DNA from: Octopus sinensis
Lineage: Eukaryota
Reading direction: 5' to 3'
DNA length: 45,056 nucleotides
Assembly: GCF_006345805.1 (NCBI RefSeq)
Contig: NW_021834944.1
Coordinates: 1 to 45,056 of the forward strand
Part shown: one piece after another, positions 35,871 through 45,056 of the stretch
Position numbering within the stretch: position 1 is the first letter of the stretch
How the letters are laid out: each line of letters starts with the position of its first letter
Notes under the pieces: model-generated
Databases searched by the model: none
What the model was told of the DNA's origin: nothing
The model's input: only the letters and a program-made list of their open reading frames with translations
Position numbers and translations under genes: made by a program

Positions 35871-38125
35871 TATTTCAAAACTTTTGCCACATAGATATGA
35901 TACAGAGTAGCTTGTGGGCTGGACAAAGACATTGATGAGGTGAATAATGATAAGGATTATATTAATGGGAGAAGACAAAAAAACGCCCACCGATTTTCTG
36001 CTTCTCTAAACAGTATTCTCTTCTTTCTTTCAACAGAAAAAGACAGAACGAGCTAATGAACCTCTTATTTCAGTTTTACAAATTTTTGGACTAATGGCCC
36101 ATTTAAGAATTGGGGCGTTACGCCTCTTAAACACAATAACATGCAATAAACATTAAACATTGTAACACTGAGGCTTTTCAACCTCTTGTCATTATTCCTC
36201 CCTGTCATCGCTTGTGCCCGTATACTCCACCATTCCCCACGCCTCATTCAAGACCAAAGCGGGATCCGAGCCGGCGTCGCCCGGCCACAAGCGACATTCC
36301 TCCTTGAGTTCCCGCAGCCTACACCCCACAGACACCGTTATGACCTCCACAGCTATCTGCGGAGGCTATTCGAGATCCTGTGTGAAGTCCAAAGGTACTC
36401 CCTTATGGTACCCTTCCACCACCTCTTCCACCTCTCCGCCTCTGTAGAAGAGGACCAATAGTTCCTCTTCCTCCGGGTTCGAGGTAGTCAATTTTACCGT
36501 TGGCGGCACAGTTCCCCCAACGGTGTATCTTCCCCTACCGGTGGCACAACTCCTACCGGCAAGGTTCCGAGACATTCTGGTGCTATGTCACCGACTGCCG
36601 GCAATGTCCCGTTTCTTCTTCTTTTCCGCTTTTTTTCTCTCAACTGAGGGATGGTGCGTCTCCTCCATGACCGGGAGATTCACCTCCCCTCCTTCATCCT
36701 CATGATCCGTCGGTGAGCACCCATTGTAGCCCACCTTCTTTCTTTTTCGGCACTTCCTTGAGAACTCCTCTGTCTCCTAAGCCGCCTTCGTTCCCTCTTT
36801 CACAGAGGTCACAATTGACTGCTCAAGGACTTTGCTCCGTTCCTGAGGACAGTTTTTTCTTTATATGGTCGGGCTCCAGGCACCGATGATACCTGGAGGG
36901 GCGACCCTCAAGAATCACCGTGTACCTGCACCCGGCCATTTAAAAAAAAATCTGGCATAACTAGATTCATGGCTGATTGGGTCCACAGGGTAAAAACAGC
37001 TTTTGACCCAACCCAATCAGCCGCAGCAAGAATTTTTCACTTTGAGGAGCCTGGCTCCGCTGTCACCCAGACCCCGACGGATAGTATCCTCTATCCACTG
37101 GGATTCAATTCCAGGTGGCAAACCACAGACCCAGGCCCTCGTCAATTTTCTCCTACAATTAGTGGGAAGAAACAAAATTTCTTTACCCTCAACGAACTGG
37201 CTCTCAAAGCTGCGAGCCTCCTCTAGGGTGTCAAACAGCAACCACACCGTTGCATGTTTGACTCCCCTACATATATATTTAATGGTTGCCAGATGTTCTG
37301 CCAACTCCTGCTCAATCATCTGCTTGGGGAAGACGTTAATGGTGTCGAGAAGCTTCGAATACGTTTGCAACACCACCGTACTCTTCTCTTGCTGTCTGGG
37401 TCACTCCTTAGGTGGGACAATCTCCCACTCTACAATCTTATCCGTATTTTTTGCCATGTCCAAAACAATAGTTCACAAAAAAGGAAAGAGAGAATTCAAA
37501 AGAAAACAAAAGGGAAGAAGAAAGAAAATAGTCACAATAGAAGAAAAAAACAATAGTTAAAGGAAAACACAGCAAAAAATCTTCTGGGCATTCATGTACT
37601 CCAAGCCATTATGGTACTCCAATTCGAACCTGGACTGCTCCACTTGAATACAACGTTCCAACGTAGTTGTAAAACACATACTATTTACAAACAGCGAACG
37701 ACTTTTGGTGGCAGGATAGTCACTAAACTATACTTCTCACAATAAGAAAAAATTTTCACTTCATGTGAACACTTGAAATACAGTTTTCCAATAAAGTTAA
37801 ATGTTGTTGTTGTAAAAACATAGACTGTTAAAAAGGGAACAAAAGACAATTTTCACAAACAAAATCTTTTCCGGAGAGAATACGCGTCCCAAAAACACAA
37901 TTCTCACTGCAAAGTGAGTCTTTTCACAGGACCACAGGCAGGCAAATGTCTACCAGTAGAGATCCTTGCTCGTCAAAAATTATTAAATACAAACCAACAA
38001 ACTCCACTAAGCTCCAAAAAAAAACCAAACGCCTTACCTGTAGTCGTTCTTCAAGTTTTCAATATTTCACGTAGAACGACGTGACTTCCAAACAGCGTGA
38101 AAAAACGCGAACTCTTCTGTAGTGA
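35871..38125 (-). mobile_element. ORF1-only (HAL1-like) non-LTR retroelement with 16-bp TSD
   Basis: TSD ggt(g/a)agcaagctactt at 35855-35870 and 38126-38141; contains a gag/ORF1-like reading frame and no recognisable endonuclease or RT. Confidence 0.78.
36190..37458 (-). pseudogene. L1/Tx1-type ORF1 (RRM-like + CCHC zinc knuckle) pseudogene; 3' limit approximate
   Basis: MAKNTDKIVEWEIVPPKE*...TRAWVCGLPPGIESQWIED...; knuckle TVILEGRPSRYHRCLEPDHIRKNCP at ~36845-36925 (first Cys to Tyr); stops and frameshifts. Confidence 0.75.
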
Positions 38126-39469
38126 GGTAAGCAAGCTACTTACCACACAGCCACTCCTGCGCCTGAAAACGTTTACCAGTTCTTCCCACCCTCCTCGATA
38201 TTTGGCTGTTGTTACGAACCCGGGTATCTTTGGGGTTTTCATTGGCTGAAAATTCCGAAAATTATCAAATTTTTGAACACCTGTAACATGTTTGCAAAAT
38301 TTCTCTGGAATAAATTAATAACAAATTCGGATTCAGCGTCAAAAATTACATCTATATGAAACATTAAAAATCCTTTTAATATATCATACGAAAACCACAA
38401 AGATCCGCACCCGGTACCGTAAAAAAAAACAGAAAAATGAGTAAACCATTTGACATTATTGTCACAAGTCTTAGGATTCATATGGCCCCTTTACTCGCTT
38501 TCTACGGCGAATAAGAGACCGAGATCACAACACTTCCCCATGAACTGGACGCTCGTTCCTCGCAGGGTTACACATTTATAGTTGAGCGGATTGGACCAAC
38601 ATGAAAGGAAGTTGTGTATGAGTCGGAGCAACGATCGACTAACAGATAACATAAAACTTGCTCGTTTCAGAAATATAGAATTGTATTTGAACCGATCGGA
38701 ACGGAGCTGACATATGACATCAGTGGAGGTTTATAAGCCTTAACAATACGCTCTGACACTGCCCGCGGGCATAACGTAGTGGATAAAGGTGCTGAAATGC
38801 ATTGCAGTTACCTAGAGATTCTGAGTTCGGTTCAAAGCTGAATCACTGGACATTTCAAAGAGGATGGAGCTTATACATCCAAAACGCAGTGAAAGAAACG
38901 ACCAAGATGAAATGCATAATATAAAAATTCTTCGTCTTAGAAATAAAGAATTACATTTTGCTCAAGAACTCGACGCACCGCTCGGACCGGTATAATGCTA
39001 ATTATTCCACTCCAGCGTTTCATTGGGTTTGTTAATCCGGGTGGTTGCATTCCTTAAGATATGGTTAGCGCTGGATCTTGAGAAGTTAATTCGCTTTTCA
39101 CAGGTTTTATCTTTGTTTTATAATCAGTCTGGGTACCTTACATAGACTGCTGCGCAAACCTCCCGTTTTGTTATAAGACCAGTTTTAATCAATGCTCATT
39201 CAACGAGTCCGTTACTGAGAGCTAATTAAATCGAGCGCCAGATTAAATTTCAGACAGGGTTGAGTGATTAAAACCGTTACTGATACGCTTGAAATACTGC
39301 AACACAAATGCTGCAGAAAAAAACATATCAGAAGAATGATGGTTTTGAAAGAAAGGATTAGCCGTTGTGTTTCCTGATGTGATGGAATGGTTTGGCACAG
39401 CGTAGATTTTGAGAGGAATCGAAACGTGGGGATCGAACCCATGTTCGTGTGGGTGTTAGTATGAAACTG

Positions 39470-39854
39470 TGGAGGCGCAATGGCCCAGTGGTTAGGGCAG
39501 CGGACTCGCGGTCATAGGATCGCGGTTTCGATTCCCAGACCGGGCGTTGTGAGTGTTTATTGAGCGAAAACACCTAAGAGCTTCACGAGGCTCCGGCAGG
39601 GGTGGGTGGTGATCCCTGCTGTACTCTTTCACCACAACTTTCTCTCACTCTTACTTCCTGTTTCTGTTGTACCTGTATTTCAAGGGGCCGGCCTTGTCAC
39701 TCTCTGTGTCACGCTGAATATCCCCGAGAACTACGTTAAGGGTGCACGTGTCTGTGGAGTGCTCAGCCACTTACACGTTAATTTCACGAGCAGGCTGTTC
39801 CGTTGATTCAGATCAACCGGAACCCTCATCGTCGTAACCGACGGAGTGCTTCCC
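39470..39854 (+). mobile_element. SINE family C, full length, 12-bp TSD
   Basis: A box TGGCCCAGTGG, B box GTTTCGATTCC; TSD agtatgaaactg at 39458-39469 and 39855-39866. Confidence 0.9.
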
Positions 39855-40129
39855 AGTATGAAACTGAACGAATACGATACCAAAAATGTGATTTCTATTC
39901 TTGTAAGAATTGTAATAACATTACAACGTTTTCTACGCTTCTGCTCATTGATGTGCCTCGAACGCAGAACTCAGATCCACCCTCTGGTTCTACGTCTCAA
40001 TTCACAGAGTGTAGGAAACAATTAATGCGGAAACAATTTCTGACCCAATACACGAATTAGTAACATGTCATGCACGCTAGCATACATAGATAGGAAACTA
40101 ATCAATTGATTGGTTTCGTGTGTGTGTAT

Positions 40130-40490
40130 GTGTGTGAGTGAGAGACAGACAGACAGACAGGCAGACTGACAGAGAGATTATATGTACGTATATATGCGTG
40201 CCAAAAGTATTAGGCCACCCTAATGTTTAAGGGTTCTGCTATCTTAATGTTAATGAAACTCGTACACATTGTAGATCATGGTATATGTCGAAAACCCCCG
40301 ACAACCTCTCTAGGACAACTTCCGAAGACCTCTCTCGCCAACCTCTAACGATCTGTCCCTCCTCCAGCTGACATTTTTGTACTTTTTCGTGAAGTACAAA
40401 ATACACCTTTTTTTGCTTTCTTATTTCAGAGTAATAAGGCATTTCAATAGAACATCTTTACTCTCGGGAACTACCGAGTACGCCAGCTAG
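40130..40490 (+). mobile_element. Non-autonomous Helitron-like element (3' end clear, 5' limit uncertain)
   Basis: Hairpin ctcgg-gaacta-ccgag followed by tacgccagCTAG|t. Confidence 0.55.
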
Positions 40491-40502
40491 TATATATATA
40501 TA

Positions 40503-40945
40503 TACGAGCAAACCGCCCCTCGTCCAATGGACGGTGCTGAGTTGTCAAATATTCAAACCAAATTTTCTCAAAACAACTTGTCCGATTGTCCCAAAGGCCT
40601 CCCCTTTGAAAAACACTATTTTAACCTAAATTTGAGACACCAGCAAAAGAAGAAATAGATAGACTTTTTTTTCTATTCCAAAGAAAAACGATTTTTCTTA
40701 CACAAATATGCAACCGAAGAGTTTAAAGTACCAGTAAGTACATCGCAACAGCTGATGTACTTGCGCGTACAAATGCACATTCCCACGGCTTTATCAATCG
40801 CATTCTCACCTGGAATCAATTATTTTGTAATTTTTTCAAGACTTATACACGCCCTGATACCGTCGGTATCTACATATCTAATTTGAGCGCAATCGGATGG
40901 AGGATGCCCGAGATCCTAGAAGAGACACACACAGACATATATATA
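40503..40945 (-). mobile_element. Probable Helitron-like element, tail-to-tail with the previous one
   Basis: Hairpin cgtccaatggacg near the left end, degenerate CTAG, short microsatellite at the other end. Confidence 0.4.
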
Positions 40946-41213
40946 TGTGGGGAGGGGAATTTGACTGGTGACTGTTGGTGCTGCCACCTACGGTTGCATT
41001 CAGAGTAAGAAACGGGAAGTTTGCTAAGGAAAACAAAGGAGGGGGAAGTTTCCCTTTAAGGAGATAGAGTCGCTTATAATCTTTTCTTTTCCTCTTTTTG
41101 CTTCATTATTATGCGTGATCTTGTGTGTGTGAGACTTGACAAGAAAACTCCCTTCTATAGGATTTGTGATATTCTCTATGTATGTGTGAGTATATATATG
41201 GAGAGAGAGAGAG

Positions 41214-41256
<43 letters not shown>

Positions 41257-41261
41257 TATAT

Positions 41262-41617
41262 ACTCTTTTTATTCTTTTACTCTTTTACTTGTTTTAGTCA
41301 TTTGACTGCGGCCATGCTGGAGCACCGCCTTCAGTCAAGCAAATCGACCCCGGGACTTATTCTTTGTAAGCCCAGTACTTATTCTATCGGTCTCTTTTGC
41401 CGAACCGCTAAGTGACGGGGACGTAAACACACCAGCATCGATTGTCAAGCAATGCTAGGGGGACAAACACAGACACACAAACATATACACACACACTTAT
41501 ATATATATATATACATCTATACGACAGGCTTCTTTCAGTTTCTGTCTACCAAATCCACTCACAAGGCATTGGTCGGCCCGGGGCTATAGCAGAAGACACT
41601 TGCCCAAGATGCCACGC
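41262..41617 (-). mobile_element. SINE family B, 5'-truncated
   Basis: Near-identical to the other B copies, (CTTTTACT)n tail. Confidence 0.88.
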
Positions 41618-41651
41618 TGTATGTATGTATATATATATATATATATATATT

Positions 41652-41938
41652 GTTTGTTCCTTCTCGAGCCACGCCTGGCTCATTAGGGCCGGCTTTCCTG
41701 TTTCCTTGGTGTATAGGCTCCCCACCTAGCCGGGAAGCCGGTCCGTCGCAGGTGAGCTGCAAGATGCAGGAGGAAAGTGTGAGGGTAAGTTGTGGCGAAA
41801 AAGTCAACAGAAGTTTCGCCATTACATTCTGCCGGACCCGCGTGGAGCTTAGGTGTTTCATAAACAGACACATCGCACGGTTTGCGATTCGAACCCGCCA
41901 TCCCTCGATCGCGAGTCCGCTGCTATAACCACTAGGCC

Positions 41939-41940
<2 letters not shown>
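41652..41940 (-). mobile_element. SINE related to the short-tail C variant
   Basis: Head tggcctagtggttatagcagcggactcgcgatcg...ggttcgaatcg; 3' part gcgacggaccggcttcccggctaggtggggag resembles 19440-19540. Confidence 0.75.
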
Positions 41941-41988
<48 letters not shown>

Positions 41989-41989
41989 T

Positions 41990-42378
41990 ATATATAAGTG
42001 AAGTTGTGTGTCTGTGTCCTACGATTTAGATTCCTAACTACTCCCATATTTTGCGGTGCAGTGTAACCAAAAGCGGGTATCTTATAGTCGGGATTCATAT
42101 CGAGCCCTTCTGGGTATTAGCGCTAGTCTACGATGAGTCTACGATTTTAAAAATAATTTACCATCATTTTTGTCCATTTTGATGCATTTTTCGCTATTAT
42201 ATAAGGGAAGTAACTCTCTAAAAATGTCTACGATGCGTCAACGATTTAAAAAAAATTTACCATCATTTTTTTCCCATTTTTAATGCATTTTTTTGCTATT
42301 TTTTGGCTATAACTCTCTAAAAATGCTTATATAGTTATTTCCCTTACAAACCCGAGCAACGCCGGGCGATACTGCTAG
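41990..42378 (+). mobile_element. Non-autonomous Helitron-like element with internal ~105-bp duplication
   Basis: 3' hairpin cccg-agcaacgc-cggg + cgatactgCTAG|t; gtctacgatg...tttaccatcattttt repeated at ~42126 and ~42226. Confidence 0.72.
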
Positions 42379-42410
<32 letters not shown>

Positions 42411-42415
42411 ACATG

Positions 42416-42448
<33 letters not shown>

Positions 42449-43256
42449 AAGCCGGAGAAAGAGAGAGGCAGAGGGAAAGGAAATAAATATTTTACACACG
42501 CTTGAATGCTTTCATTTCGCCAAGGAATTCTTGCAGTCATCAATGTACAAACTAAGTAAAACGACAAACATTTTGAATTCGATTTACGTCTGTTTCCTGG
42601 CAAATTTCTCCCGTAAACTTGATACAATTATTTACATATTCTGTGTACTTTTATGATGTAATCAATATTGTTTCCAGTCAATTTGTGTTAATTTAATCTT
42701 TGGATAACTGAAGGAACTGCATTAATTAGCGGCAAATGAAATGTAGTTAAGATTTCATGCATGCTCGATGCATGAAATCGGAGATTTAGTGTTTGGAGGT
42801 AAGCAATAAAAGATGCGCTCAGCTGTGAACATTTCGAACATTCAGCTTCCTCTTTAGCTACTGTAAAATGCTGTATTATATTTTGGCTCAGGAAACAAGG
42901 GCTTCCTTTCGATGGGTCGGTGGGAGAGATGCTAGGCGTTTCATTTCTCACTACGTTCTGATCATGCGGATGATGATGATGGTGGTGGTGGTGGTGGTGG
43001 TGGTAGTGCCGGTGATGTTGGTGGTGGTTGTGATAATCATGTGCATAATGGCGTTTGTGGTTGCGGTGTGATTGTGTGTGTGTGTCTGTATTTATGTTTC
43101 GGCAAATATGTTGTTTTTTTTTTCAGAAATATTTCTAGATCTTTGCCAATTTTCGATTTTTCTCCTGTATTTCTTAAATGTCATGTAACTCACATACATT
43201 CACACATGTAAACACATATATCTACACACACAAACTCAAATATTTATCAATAGTAC

Positions 43257-43300
<44 letters not shown>

Positions 43301-43316
43301 CACACACACAGACATA

Positions 43317-43355
<39 letters not shown>

Positions 43356-43697
43356 CGCAATGGCCCAGTGTTAGGGCAGCGGACACGCGGTCGTAGGATC
43401 GCAGTTTCGATTCCCAGACCGGACGAAAAGCTCCACGAGTCTACGGTAGATGTGTTGGCGAACCCTGCTGTATTCTTTCATCACAACTTTCTCTCACTCT
43501 TTCTTCCTGTTCCTCTTGTACCTGTATTTCAAATAGCCAGCCTTGTTACACTCTGTGTCTCGCCGAATCACCCCGAGAACTACGTTAAGGGCACACGTGT
43601 CTGTGGAGTGCTCAGCCATTTGCATGTTAATTTCACGAGCGGGCTGTTCCGTTGATCGGATCAACTGGAACCCTCGTCGTCGTAACCGACGGAGCGC
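43356..43697 (+). mobile_element. SINE family C with small internal deletion
   Basis: Colinear with 39470-39854. Confidence 0.88.
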
Positions 43698-43727
43698 GAC
43701 GACGATACACACACACACACAGAAAGA

Positions 43728-43765
<38 letters not shown>

Positions 43766-43857
43766 GTGAGTGAAATATGCATACATATACACATATCTAT
43801 ATATACGCACAAACATACACATACACACGCATGCATATATAATCATGCACACATACA

Positions 43858-43893
<36 letters not shown>

Positions 43894-43914
43894 ACACACA
43901 CACACACACACATA

Positions 43915-44118
43915 TATATTTGTGTCTGTGTTTGTTCCCCACCATCGCTTGACAACTAACGTTGGTGTGTTTACTCGCCGTAACTTAGTGGTTAGGCAAA
44001 AAGAGGACCGATAGAATAAATACTAGGTTTACAAAGAATAATCGTGAGATCGATTTGTTCGACTAAAGGCGGTTGTGCTCCATCATGGCCGCAGTCAAAA
44101 TAACTGAAACAAGTAAAA

Positions 44119-44121
<3 letters not shown>
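43915..44121 (+). mobile_element. SINE family B 3' half
   Basis: ...taaaggcggttgtgctccatcatggccgcagtcaaaataactgaaacaagtaaaaga. Confidence 0.8.
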
Positions 44122-44188
<67 letters not shown>

Positions 44189-44202
44189 ATGTATGTATGT
44201 AT

Positions 44203-45056
44203 CAAGAAGTACTGACTTGAAAGTAATGACAGCCTTTGAGAAAGAGGGAAAAAAACCTCTTCATCGAAACAAAACTCCGGAAGAAAATCAAAACTTTCAG
44301 ATAGGGACCGTCGGACTCTTACGCAAATTGATAGAAAGGATCACAGCTCCCACAATTACTGCAGAGCTTAATGACCACCTCAAGAACCAGTTTCCACAAA
44401 AATTGTTTGCTGGGAGCTGCATAAAGCCAGATGTCACGGGGGTGGGCTGCAATCAGAAAACCACTACCTTCAAAAACGAACGTTGCAAAGCGTTTAGAGT
44501 GGAGTAAAAACCTACCGAATTGGTCCCTAGAGCAGTGGAAGAATGTTATTTTCTCGAACGAGTCATCCTTTACCTTATGTACAACCACCAGCCAAGTATA
44601 TATGTGGAGACAGCCAAAAGGAGCATTTGACCCAGACTGCCTTCTTACAACTGTTAAACATAGAGGAGGATCTGTGATGATCTGGGGTGGGGGCTGTATC
44701 TTGGAAATCCTCCAGCCCAATGGTTTCCCTTCATGGCAGAATGAATAGTCAAGACTATTTAAGCATTTTATCTGATCAAATTCATCCTATGGTTGCGGAA
44801 CTGTTTCTGGAGGGAAACGCAATCTTTCGGGATGATAATGCACCAATTCACACAACTAAAGGTGTTACTGAATTGCATGAGGAACATTCTAGTGAAGTTG
44901 AACATCTTATCTGGTCACCACAGTCCCCACATCTTAATATTATTGAACATTTATGGTGCATTTTAGAAAAAAAAGTAAGGAGTCGATATCCTCACTATCA
45001 TCACTACAATACTGAAAACTGTGTAGCTGAAGAATGGACAAAATTCCTTTGGAAAA
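44203..45056 (+). pseudogene. Tc1-family (DD34E) transposase, frameshifted, runs off window end
   Basis: SGRKSKLSDRDRR; AAIRKPL..KRLEWSK..WKNVIFSNESSF; TVKHRGGSVMIWG; FRDDNAPIHT; WSPQSPHLNIIEHLW. Confidence 0.92.

Larger units (their letters stand above)
35480..38166 (-). mobile_element. SINE family B split in two (35480-35870 and 38126-38166) by a 2.25-kb insertion
   Basis: The halves rejoin to the contiguous B sequence ...ggttggtaagcaagctacttaccacacagccactcctgcgcctg. Confidence 0.88.

Noticed and set aside
37003-37560. 185-aa plus-strand ORF
   Set aside because: Antisense shadow of the minus-strand ORF1 pseudogene; no motif of its own
39471-39545. tRNA-like sequence with A and B boxes (also at 19665-19734 and 43356-43420)
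   Set aside because: No proper acceptor stem; continues into a SINE body with TSDs

Overview
AT-rich eukaryotic, mostly intronic or intergenic DNA dominated by transposable elements and microsatellites. The SINE families and dense (TA)n/(TATG)n arrays suggest an octopus (cephalopod) genome; this is an inference. Almost all ORFs in the track are microsatellite artefacts. Protein-like sequence comes from retroelements and DNA transposons: a decayed Penelope-like element (Neptune-type, RT + GIY-YIG) between ~385-bp inverted pseudo-LTRs, an ORF1-only L1/Tx1-like element with target-site duplication (TSD), Tx1, CR1, RTE and RLE-type LINE fragments, Tc1/mariner and hAT remnants, and Helitron/Helentron-type elements. 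One candidate host coding exon lies on the minus strand (26438-26591). Most notable: (i) hammerhead-ribozyme motifs in both Penelope pLTRs and in both arms of a separate 347-bp palindrome; (ii) two different non-autonomous elements inserted at the same site of a tRNA-derived SINE head; (iii) a SINE with a Tx1-like tail that forms self-nested arrays; (iv) LINE/SINE 3'-tail sharing visible within the window. All calls were made by eye without database searches. SINE family letters A/B/C are my own labels, and boundaries of decayed elements are approximate.
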